A DNA stretch of 64,000 nucleotides from Eledone cirrhosa (lineage: Eukaryota): the NCBI GenBank assembly GCA_964016885.1, contig OZ024746.1:32364001-32428000 (forward strand). The letters run 5' to 3'. The translations under genes were made by a program, and so were the position numbers. The first letter of the stretch is position 1. Every line of letters begins with the position of its first letter. The notes beneath the pieces were generated by a model. That model saw only the letters and a list, made by a program, of their open reading frames with translations. It did no database searches and had not been told where the DNA came from. Below, piece by piece: positions 51,760-63,067 of this stretch.

Positions 51760-51885
51760 TTAGAGAGAATCAAGGCCCGATGGCTGAGCTCTTGCTATTT
51801 TGACAGCAAATTCCAGACTCAATTTGCTGGAATTTGCTGTTGAAACGGCAAGAGCTCAGCCATTGAGCTTCAATTCTCTCTAATA
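51760..51885. mobile_element. Imperfect ~125-bp hairpin element, older relative of 62813-62930
   Basis: Shared core gctgagctc..gaaacggc..gagctcagcc and shared downstream cactctacta.cc.aag.at.gagtact. Confidence 0.6.
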
Positions 51886-52436
51886 TGGTCACACTCTACT
51901 ATCCCAAGAATCGAGTACTCTACTGAATAATGGTTTTACTATTTTAAAAGTGACAAAATCCTGATCTTATATATACACATACAGTATTATTCAAATATTT
52001 TCAACATATGCTGATCATTATCAACATTATTTTATGTACAATTTCCATGATCGAAATTGGTATGGATGAGCTGTCACAGTTTGTGACTATTCGTGGTCAG
52101 ATAACCACATCTTGGCCATACATTCAGTATTTAACATGGTTTCTATAGCTGAATGCCCTTCATAACACCAACCACTTTACAGAGCTATATATTCTTTATA
52201 TTATATGTTTTATATATATCATCATCATTGTTTAACATCCATTTTCCACGCTTGCATGGATTAGATGGAATATATATATATATATATATATATTGCTAGC
52301 AGGGAAAATGGACGTTAAATGATGATGATAATGATACTCTTAACCATATCTATACACTGTATCTTTACAATATTTATATCTACACTATTAAACTCAATTA
52401 TACAGCATATGTGATTATCAGTGTATGTGTATATAT

Positions 52437-52474
<38 letters not shown>

Positions 52475-52699
52475 TATCAACCTCATCTATTCAGTGAATT
52501 ATATTGTAGAGATTAATTGCATCACTAATCCCCAAATACAAATATAGACAGACAGACAGACATACAGACAGACACACCCGCACTCACATGCTGCAGGAGA
52601 CATAAACAGAATCACAGGCAGATAGGCAGGCATACATATGAACACACAGACTGACAGGAAGACAGGCATAAGAAAGCCATCTTTAGAATTAATACTCAC

Positions 52700-52764
52700 C
52701 CATTTGGTAAGAATGGAGTTGATGTTGAATTAATCACACCACTAATCCAAAAACGATTGGGATC
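52700..52764 (-). CDS. NPL: NPL-like aldolase, coding exon A (DPNRFWISGVINSTSTPFLPNG)
   Basis: atttag| acceptor and GG|gtgagt donor; 65 nt, phase 0 to 2; aligns to the N-terminal G....TP...G strand of the NAL/DHDPS family. Confidence 0.85.
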
Positions 52765-53199
52765 CTAAATAAAAATATTGATAATAAGGTATATTTACAT
52801 ATCTTTCTATATTTATACATAATTGTAGCAGAAAATACATCTATTATAAAGCTATATGTAGACACACACTCACACACACACTCTCATACACACATACACT
52901 CTCACAAACAAACACACAGAAGCACATACAAGCACACACTCACATATACATATATATTTATACATACACACTCACACATATACATACATTCGCACATTTA
53001 CAGTTATACACAAATTCATATTTTACCTGAATTGTTTCATACAGACAAGCAAACATTTCATAAAATCTTTGTAATGGAAAACCTCACTTCTTCGACAAAG
53101 ATGTCCCAGATATCAACTATGAATTTTGAACAAATAAATGTCCCCCAACAAAACAAACTATTTTAACTAAAAAATGGTTTGATCCACATTAGGAACCAC

Positions 53200-53590
53200 T
53201 GTTATATGGATAAAAAATGTCAAATGTTCATTTCTGTGTTAGAATGCTATTCAGGGATTCAGCTGAAATAGTTGATATTGTGGGAGTGTATTTCTTAAAC
53301 TATTTACATACAAAGCATCCATATATCTTTGGTGGTTTTTATGGAGATGATGGTCAACTTATTCCCAGAAATATCAAGAAACAAGGTAAAGAGAGATTCA
53401 AGAAAGAAACACATAATTTCTTCAAAGAATTTAATATAAATATTTCAGTTGAGACCAATTTAAAGATCTAACTTTTATCTTACATAATACACTTCCTCCC
53501 GCACACGATAAGAACATCTGATGTATCCATAATCTATATTCGTATACTATACAACAACCTCAAAATATTTTAAACAACCTGGTTACAAAT
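53200..53590 (+). mobile_element. Degenerate Penelope-like RT fragment
   Basis: DSAEIVDIVGVYFLN...FYGDDG...KK....FFKEFNINISVETNLK resembles the PLE GxxDGAE..LVG.Y.L..YRDDG..I.IETNLK region. Confidence 0.65.
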
Positions 53591-54379
53591 ATTTCCCTTC
53601 ACCCTCACCCCACCCTGCCAATCAGAAAGATCCCTACCACCACCAAGGATAGTAATAGTTGTATTGGTGGTGGTGATTGATGGTGGTGATGATGGTGGTG
53701 TTGCTATATTTTGTGTACAAAGAAATTATCACTAGACCATGCTGGGTTACTTATGACAAATACCAACACATTCCAGGTCTCTTTCCCCCTCTCTCACACA
53801 CTCACAGACACATACAGACACACACACATAGACATACATCAATACCTCCAGACACATGCCAACATATACACAGATACACATTAACACATACAGAAAGGCA
53901 CAGCCACACACACACACACACATATATATACACAGGTGTGGTTGCAAATGAAAGAACAAAGCAATTAACACATATTGTGTGAGATTAAAGTATTACTATT
54001 AACAGTTTGACTTATTTTTACCTTATCAGCTGGAGGAGATGGGGTTCAAGATGTAAACACATCTATTTCACCAGATGTAAGGAACATAAGTAAAAAGCAA
54101 GATGGGGGATTATATCATCATCATCATCACCCTCATCATCATCATCATCATCATCACCATCACCATCACCACCACCACCACCATCGTTATCATCTAACGC
54201 CTATTTTCCATGCTAGAATGGGTTAAATGAGTTGTCCCATTGTGAGACAAGTCAGATCAGGTGACCATGTCTTACTCATACAGAACTGTTTCTGGCTTGG
54301 TTTCTACAGAGTTAACTGGGTGGTTTTTAAAATAACAGTTTCGACAAGGTACTTTTTTTATTGTATCACCAGCATAATC

Positions 54380-54835
54380 ACATTACAGGTTGGGCTGGAT
54401 GCTTTTTGTCATGTCGCTAACATGACCACTTTACAGGGTGTACTGAGTGCTTTTTGTCATGTCACTAACACAACCACTTTACAGGGTCGACTGGGTGCTT
54501 TTTGTCATGTCTCCAATGCGACCACTTTACAGGGTGTACTGGGTGCTTTTTGTCATGTCACTAACACAACCACTTTACAGGATTGACTGGGTGCTTTTTG
54601 TCATGTCTCCAATGCGACCACTTTACAGGGTGTACTGGGTGCTTTTTGTCATGTTACTAACACAAACACTTTACAGGGTGAACTGGGTTCTTTTTGTCAT
54701 GTCATCAATGCGACCACCTTACAATTTGGGCTGGGTGCTTTTTGTCATGTCTCCAACACGACTACTTTATAGGGTGTACTGGGTGCTTTTTGTCATATCA
54801 CTAACACAATCCCTTTACAGGGTGGACTGGGTGCT
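54380..54835. repeat. 48-bp tandem array (alternating 96-bp dimer) derived from the SINE/LINE tail module
   Basis: gggtgctttttgtcatgtc(actaacaca|tccaatgcg)accactttacagggtgtact, about 9 copies. Confidence 0.85.
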
Positions 54836-55069
54836 TATTTGGCGTATCTGCAATGCTAAGTCCGGAAAAACCCCTAATCAAAGTAGTACTTTATGCATAA
54901 TGGGATGTAGAGTTGGTATGATTTCTGAAGCTACTCGTGTGTGTGAAGAAACTGTAGGAGCTCACAGTTGAATTTCCTACCTATATCAATATTTATTACA
55001 AAAATGTGACGTCCTCGCCTTGGACTATAACAATTTTTTTCTTTGCTAGAACTCTGAAACCTTACATGC

Positions 55070-56470
55070 AATACTTCGGAGCTAGTGTGTTGTACTATGG
55101 CACTGCGGAGCTAGGGTGTCACACTATGGCACTGGAAAGTTTGAGTGACACAGTACAGCAATATGGAGCTAGGGTAGCACAGTATGGCAATAGTGAGATA
55201 GGGTGGAAAATAAGGCACTTTGAAGCTAGGGTGCGACACAATGGCAGTGCAGAGCTAGAGTGGCACACTATGGAACTAGGTGGCTAGGGTGAAACAGTAT
55301 AGGACTGGGAAGATTGGGTGACAAAATATGGCACTTCGAATCTTGGGTGCTGCACTATGGCACAGCGGGCTAGGATTGCATACTAAGCTTGAGTGACACA
55401 CTATGGAAATATGGAACTAGGATGTCGCAGTAGGCAATGGGGAGATAGGGTGGTAAAATACGGCACTTCGGAGCTAGGGTGCCGCACTATGGCACAGCGG
55501 GGCTAGGGTGGCACACAATGGAACTGGGGAGCTTCTGAGTCACAGTATGGAAATATGGAGCTAGGCTGACCCCGTATGGCAATGGGGAGATAGTGTGAGA
55601 AAATGTGTCACATTGAAGCTAGGGTGCCGCAGTATGGCACTACGGAGCTAAGGTGACACACTCGTGCACTGGGGAGTTTGAGTGACACAGTATGGCAATA
55701 TGGAGCTAGGGTGGCAAAGTATGGCAATAGGGAGATTGTGTGGCAAAATATAGCACTTTCAAGCTAGGGTGCCACCGTATGGCACTGCGGAGCTAAGGAG
55801 ACACACTATGGAACTGGGTACTAGGGTGGGACAGTATGGCACTGGTAAGATAGGAAGGTAAATATGGCAATGGAGTGATAGGCCGGCAAAATATGGCACT
55901 ACGGAACTAAGGTGCCGCAGTATGGCACTGCAGAGCTAGGGTGGCACACTAAGGAACTAGGGGGGTTTGAGTGACACAGTATGGTAATATGGAGCTAGGA
56001 TAGGAAAATATGACAATAAAGAGATAGGGTGCCGCAGTATGGCACTGCGGAGCTAAGGTGGGACACTATGGAACTGGGTACTATGGTGGGACAGTATGGC
56101 TCTGCGAAGATAGGATGGGAAAATATGGCAATGGGGAGATAGGGTGGAAAAATATGTCACTTCGGAGCTAAGGTGCCGCAGTGTGGCACTGCGGAGCTAG
56201 GGTGGCACACTATTGGACTGGGGAGTTCCAGTGACACAGTATGGTAAAATACAGCAATAGGGTGGACAAATATGGCACTTTGAAGCTAGAGTGCCGCATT
56301 TTGGCACTGCGGAGCTCGGGTGGCACACTATGGTACTGGGTGGCCAGAGTGACACAGTATGGCAATATGGAGCTAGGGTGGATCAGTATGGCAATGGGGA
56401 GATCGTGTGTGAAAATATGACACTTCGGAGCTAGGGTGGCACGCTATGAAAGTGGGGTTTTGAGTGACAC
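55070..56470. repeat. ~30-bp diverged satellite (ggagctagggtggcacactatggcactgc) with higher-order pattern
   Basis: About 45 units; variants recur every 4-6 units. Confidence 0.85.
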
Positions 56471-56625
56471 AAAAACAAGACGGTGTAGGACAGAACAAAG
56501 GGGAGACACACAATAACAAATCCGTCAGTGAGGAGGTCACGAAAGAGCTTTGGCAATAAATAAACAACCATCCGGTTATTGAACCAACCAACCGGAAGTT
56601 TGTAATAAATTGAGGTGAAAACGAA
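56470..56625 (+). mobile_element. PLE terminal-region fragment homologous to 7160-7320, with decayed hammerhead
   Basis: aaacaagacggtgtaggacagaacaaagg..gtca GTGAGGA ggtcac GAAA gagc TT tggc..caaccaaccggaa matches the reverse complement of the 7160-7320 region. Confidence 0.75.
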
Positions 56626-59029
56626 CAATATATAAGGGAGATCACTCTATATGACTTTAATTGACTCCTTACAGAGTTCTCGTATAAAGAATATAAACAC
56701 AGAGATACAATAACATAAAGTCTTATTAGTTTCATGCTTGTTGGAAAAAGAAAATTAATATTTCAATGTATCAGATGTTAGTTCTTCACCAGGAAAGAGC
56801 AAAGTTCAGAGAAAGATATATATATTGAGTACTATTACTCTGATTTCAGGTTTTCCTGATAACTGCACCATTGTCACTTCATATGTATATAGAGAGAAGC
56901 ATGTACAACTCCATGCGTGAGATCCTTGGTACAAGTTAGGTATATTTGAAAAAAGGAAAAAGAATGACTTCACTTGTAGTTGGTATTCTGTAACAATTTA
57001 ATTTTATGATTTTATAAATTTCTTATCAAGATATAAGTCCTTTGTTAACTTCAATGGAAAGTTTAAAAAAAAAATCCTGGTTAACTTTCTAGAGAACTTT
57101 CTTGCATTCATCGGTGTAGAAACCATGTCACAACTATCACTACCATCACTGCTGCTATTGCTACTACTACTACTACTACTTCAACCAACAGTAACAACAG
57201 CACCACCACTACCGTCCCCACCACCATCACCGCCAACAACAACAACATAACCACCACTACAAGTTCACCATTAATCATTTGTTAATTCCATTAAACGAGA
57301 ATTAAAACAAATCACTCCACCCCCGCTTACATAATTACACACATTCATACATCCATCCCTCTATACATAAATACATACGTATACATTTATATAATAGTTT
57401 CTGTATACTTATTATTTGAACAACAAAACAAAACGTTATTTCTACTTTTTATTTTCTTGTTTGAAACAATTGTAGTTGTGAGCACGATAATCATGTTTGT
57501 CTGTTTGTATCAAACAGAGTTTAACACAATGTGTATAGCTAAGAGGTTTGCTATGCAATCGCAAGGTCTCTGGCTCAATCCCTCTGTGTGGTACCTTGAA
57601 CTGAGCAAGTCTTATTTACCATAGTCTTGGGTTGACCCATATCTTTTGAGTGAAATTTGGTAGACAGAAACTATTTGGAAGCCTGTTGGATGGACTGTAC
57701 CTGTAATTCAAAGGGCCAGCTTTGTTACACACGATGTCATCTCCCAGAGAATTATGTTAAGGGTACATGTGTACATGTTAAGGGTACAGGTTAATTTCAT
57801 GAGCAGGCTGTTCTGTTGATCTAACAACTGGAACACTCATTGAAACTGATCTATAATGTTACATATTACAATGTTACAAGGTCTACTAATGCTGTATGCC
57901 GATCTGGTCAACAAAAGCTGCCAGTCATCATGTAAGCTGGTCGTGCTGGTGACACAATGAAAAGGTACACAATTCACCCTGTTAGATGGTTGTTTTGGTG
58001 CTATGATAAAATGCATCCAGTAACCCCTGTTAAATGTTTTTTTTTTGTGCCACGATAAAAAGTACCCAGTCCATACTGTAACATCGTTGGTGTTAGGTAG
58101 GTAATCCAGCTGTAGAAACCAAGCCAAAATACAAACCTGATCTGACTTGTCTCATACTGTGACAACACGTTTAACCTATGCAAGCATTGAAAAATAGATA
58201 TTAAACAGCGATGATCATGATGTTCATGTCTGTTTATGTCCTGTAACATGATAATATAAGTAGCAGACCTGAAACAATAAATACTGGGGTCGATATGATC
58301 AACTACATCAAGGCAACGCTCTATCATGGCTGCAGTCTACTAATTGTGTTACATACTACAATAATTATCCAAGCTGTGATCAGTATCCACTCATGTGTTG
58401 TCTCTTGTCTTCAAAGATAACTAAATACAATTATTTGTCTCACTTGTGGCCTCACATACTCTATGTTATATTTAGATTGAACAATGAGTAAAGGTGTTAT
58501 AGTGAGCAATGTTTTCTCACTTTAGCTAGTCACCTGCAAACTATACTTGCTATGAAATATAAACAGATTTAGTAGGTATTTATTATTTTTACAGACTGTT
58601 TTATATATGTGAGTGTGTGCATCTGCACTAGATATAGAAATCTAATTGAAAAGACACTGATGTTTTCACAAACACCATGTGCCAATACATACATACACTA
58701 TTTTCCTCAGTATATATATATATATATATACAGAGAAGGAGAGTGAGAGAGAAATAGTAAGGTGATAATATGCCTGAAGGAAGCACTGTATAAAGTGTAT
58801 ACATGCAAATAGTCTCATTGTTGAATATGGAGAGTGGGAAAAATATTCCAATCAACTGAGATTATCCTTGCTATTTCAAGACTGAATCTCTAGGAGTATT
58901 CAGTTAATGAGAAGCAAATAAGGGAGAGAATATCTATAGTCTAAGCTGGGACAAGTGTTTTGCAACAATTTAAGGAGTCAGTAGAAATAGATCTCGTCTA
59001 TAAACCAACTTGGTGAATGGACATGTTTC

Positions 59030-59400
59030 AATCTTACTAGATCTCCTCAGTGAACCATATTATTTTGAAAGCTGGTATGACTGAGAATGGTCTTGTGTAC
59101 CCCAAATTTTCATTGTATACATTATATAGAGTTTCTACCTACTCCTCTACATATCATTGAAGGCCACTTCTCTAATGGGAACAGGGTCTTATCTTCTTTC
59201 AAACCTACTAAAACTTTGTTTTTTGCCAAGTCTACTCGCAGCCCTTTTGATTCTGTTTTGTTTCTACAGCCAGAATCTCTTCTCTAGTTCTCCCACATAT
59301 TCAGCTATAAAAACCAGATCATCGGCATACAGAAATTTCAATGGACAGCCTGTCTTAAACTTTTCTATTATATTTTGGAGGACTATAACAAACAAGTGGG
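59030..59400 (-). mobile_element. Old RTE-type RT fragment
   Basis: Minus strand FKTGCPLKFLYADDLVFIAE...LAKNKVLVG..KWPS, homologous to 26400-26700. Confidence 0.7.
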
Positions 59401-60233
59401 CCCATGACCAAGTCCTGGTGTACTCATACTCCATATCCTCAGTACACTCAGTTCATGTATCAATACATAGGTATCATATAACTGATCTAGAGGACTATAA
59501 AAAATAGAAACCTTTCACCAAGTTGGCTGTGTAATTTTAATATGCTTCCTACTACTACTACTACTACTAATATCACCCCCGCCCCCATCAACACATGACG
59601 ATGATGATGATGATGTTTTAAACTATATAGTTTATCACAATACAACAGGAAGGAGATTTCATTGATAATTCTATTCAGATGTGAAAGGTTTTATAGGAAT
59701 ATTTAAATCGACCCCGGAAGGATGAAAGGCAAAGTTGACCTCAGCGAGATACGAACTCAACACAGTATGAAATGAATTATGACCTCGGGCTTTCTGGAAC
59801 CTATAATTAGAGACGCAACACAAAGTTTCCGTTGTGGAAAGGCCATTGTCGACTGATTCCATTCAGCATATTATCGATCTATATTTTATCGATCCTTGAG
59901 AGATGAAAGGCAAAAGACTGCAACGGCGATTGGATGCGTGCCTATACCGCCTAGGGACAAAACTACAAGCAGCAAAGCTTTCTTTTTAATCAGGCGGTTT
60001 ACCGATTCGTGTTTTTTGGAGATAATAATTGTTTATTTATTTGCCACGAGGGGGTAATAAATGAAGGTAAATTAATGGTTAGATTACATACTGGGGAGTT
60101 TAGGCAGAAACCCGAGAAAATGTTGCCCCACCCCCAACTCAACCCCTGGAAATAGCAGCCAAAGCTCTCTCAAATCATGCTTGCCAGGTCGAAGAGGGTA
60201 GATTGTCCAATTATCGGCCGCTCTCTGATAGGT

Positions 60234-60316
60234 TTCGGGGCAATGTCTTCTCCTTCGGGGCAATGTCTTCTCCTTCGGGGCAATGTCTTCTCCTTCGGGG
60301 CAATGTCTTCTCCTTC
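60234..60316. repeat. 20-bp perfect tandem repeat (ttcggggcaatgtcttctcc) x4
   Basis: Direct inspection. Confidence 0.9.
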
Positions 60317-60414
60317 CTGTCCGCCGGGACCACGAAGTGAACTGATCCTTAAACAGTGAATAGTAGATACAGATCAGAGAGAGAGAGAGAGCAAACAGAT
60401 TTTAATACAATAAT

Positions 60415-60586
60415 TGTTTCTACTTTAGGCACAAGGCCAGCAATTACCCAGTGCATTACTGGTACTTTATTTTATCGACCCCGTAAGGATGAATGGCAAA
60501 GTCAACCTCGGCGGGATTTGACGGGACGTAACTATGCTGGAAAGCATGGTGTCTGACCCTCTACCGATACTGCCAATCCACCGCCC
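60415..60586 (-). mobile_element. SINE family A with 19-bp TSD
   Basis: cagattttaatacaataat on both sides. Confidence 0.9.
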
Positions 60587-62074
60587 AGATTTTAATACAA
60601 TAATATCCCTATATCTGGTCTTAATGTCTTCATCAGTCAATACTTCCCACTTTATCCTGGATCTGCCACTTTTGTGGGTTTTCTTGATTTCAGGTAGTTT
60701 CGGGTTGCAGATAACTAATTGTTGCAGCGAGTGTCGTTAGCCATTGTCCGCGCTCTAAGCCATGAGCCGCCCCCACCCCCCATTCTTCTGTGACCTTAGA
60801 GCCCTTGCCCTTCTCCTCATTTTCTGTTGTTAAATATCTGTAGCGTTATTATTTGAAATAGATTTGTTTCCGAGTTTTTTTTAATTTTATCAATAAAACA
60901 CATTTAGCTGATAACTAAGTGGTGATCAGTTGACAGCTCAGCCCCCCTCTTAACACGAAGAGCCAGCACAGAATCAATGAGATCAGAGACACAATTTGAC
61001 AAAATCCTATAAACCATCTATATTGAAGTGAAAGTAAAACCAGCCGATCAATGAAATAAATAAATGAAAAAAAGAAAACGGAAAAAGGTAAAAAAAAAAT
61101 GTAGTTAGCTCAGAGTCGGTGGAAGCTTTTCTGAATGGAGGCGGGTGGAATTTTATCAATTTAAAAATAATGAATGAATGAAATTATTGTGTACAGTGCT
61201 CAGGTGCACTACAACTTATCAAAGGTGCATGTATAGTACATAGAATTTAATTGTAGTGATTAGTTTAACTGTTATTATCAAATATCAACCAAGATGTAAA
61301 AAAAAAAAAAAAATTCGATATGTGATAAACATAACGTAGATAATTGTAGTGTATGTACAAATAGATGTGTTTTAGTAGTTTGGTAAGAAAAATATAATTA
61401 TTGGAGGAGTCATGCCCCCGCGCCCCCCGACTTCCCCAGTTCCATCCGCCCCTGTTGCTGCAAACTCACTTACGGAATAAATAAATAAATAAATAAAATA
61501 ATATATTTGCTCTATTAATATAATCGTAGTTTTTACTTTGACATCAATATTGAGAAGGCTTATAGGAGTTTGCCAATGTTTTATTTTCCCTTCCTACTAC
61601 GACCACCATCACCACGGCAGGAAATCAAAGTTGCTCCAGACAGAACGTAAAGCAGTATAACAACAATAACAATGATGTTAAAGATAACTACGGAATGTAA
61701 ATAATGAAATCGACATACATATACATACATACATACACACATAATACATACATATATATATACATACATATACAGATACATATACACATACACATACATA
61801 CATACATATATATACATACATATACAGATACATACACACATACATATATACTTCTATGCATGCATGCATACGAGTATGTATGTACATATGCATGTATGTA
61901 CGTATTTATATATATGAATGTATGTGTGTATGTATGTACGTTATGTATGTGTATGTGTGTGTATATATATATATATAATATATAAAGTTAAACAAGGTTC
62001 AATGAATACATCAAAGAATGAATTTTACAATAGATTGGGAGCACTCAACAAAAAAAGGTTTTCCAGAGTTATTA

Positions 62075-62310
62075 ATATTAATTCAAAATATTAACAAAAT
62101 ATATATTCTTGTGATCAAGTATATTTTATTATACATATTTCAGAGGTAGACTGAATCTTAACCATCTGCTGTCAGGGCATGTCATGCATCATCTTATTTT
62201 ATCTGATGAGGACGTACTGTTGAACTTAACTCAGTACCTCTGAAATATGTATAATAAAATATACTTGATCACAAGAATATCTATTTTGTTAATATTTTGA
62301 ATTAATATAT
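62075..62310 (+). mobile_element. Fold-back hammerhead element (~70-bp arms)
   Basis: atattaattcaaaatattaacaaaat..tttcagaggta inverted at tacctctgaaa..attttgaattaatat, followed by (TA)n. Confidence 0.8.
62195..62261 (+). ncRNA. Minimal type-I hammerhead ribozyme
   Basis: tattttat CTGATGA ggacgtactg..cagtacctct GAAA tatgta TA ataaaata; perfect 8-bp helix I. Confidence 0.8.
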
Positions 62311-62449
62311 ATATATATATATATAAGGACGGTGCCCCAGCATGGCCTCAGCCGGATGGCTGGAACAGGTAAAAGAGTAATATCCAAGGAAAACTTGAAC
62401 CGGTAAGGTATTTTCCTTGGTTATGTCAAAATTTATAAAACACACTTCG

Positions 62450-62510
62450 TATTTTATCTGATGAAAGCGTACCAAAGTTTTGGTACCCTTGAAATATATA
62501 TAATAGAATA
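62450..62510 (+). ncRNA. Minimal type-I hammerhead ribozyme
   Basis: tattttat CTGATGA aagcgtaccaaa-gt-tttggtaccctt GAAA tatata TA atagaata; downstream sequence homologous to 22580-22710. Confidence 0.8.
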
Positions 62511-62646
62511 AATATGATTTTATAAATATAGTTTCCATTTATTTAATATCATTGAATATTATACCCCAGAAAACTTGTTGAGTGCTCTGAATCAGTTATA
62601 AACATTTATATTTGTTGAATTACCAACAAATTGAATATCCCTTCTG

Positions 62647-62706
<60 letters not shown>

Positions 62707-62812
62707 GTAGGAGGTGAGTTTTATTGTAGTACAATAAAGCAATGCAGATATCGGATAAGAAGCACTCTACAGTTTGTGGGACTGGAGTATGCATATATAT
62801 ATATATATATAT

Positions 62813-62930
62813 ATAGGAACGAGTAGGACCCCAACGGCTGAGCTCAAGCCGTTTCGACGGCTAATTCTGGACTGTGAATTAGCCGTCGAAACGGCTTGAG
62901 CTCAGCCGTCGGGGTCCTACTCGTTCCTAT
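62813..62930. mobile_element. GC-rich near-perfect hairpin element (~54-bp arms) in (TA)n
   Basis: ataggaacgagtaggacccc.acggctgagctcaagccgtttcgacggctaattc and its reverse complement. Confidence 0.75.
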
Positions 62931-63064
62931 TACCCACTCTACTACCCTAAGTATTGAGTACTTGGGTGCGTTATGGTCCACCTGGTTCCTTACCACATTT
63001 CCTTCGTTATATATATATATATATATATATGTTATGTAATATACATGTGTCATTGTTTACATAC

Positions 63065-63067
63065 CAT
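63065..63067 (-). CDS. Candidate start-codon-only end of the first NPL exon (ATG|gtatgt)
   Basis: Exon A starts in phase 0 without Met; gtcgATG|GTATGT here would give MDPNRF; the surrounding region is relatively CpG-rich. Not a unique candidate, speculative. Confidence 0.3.
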
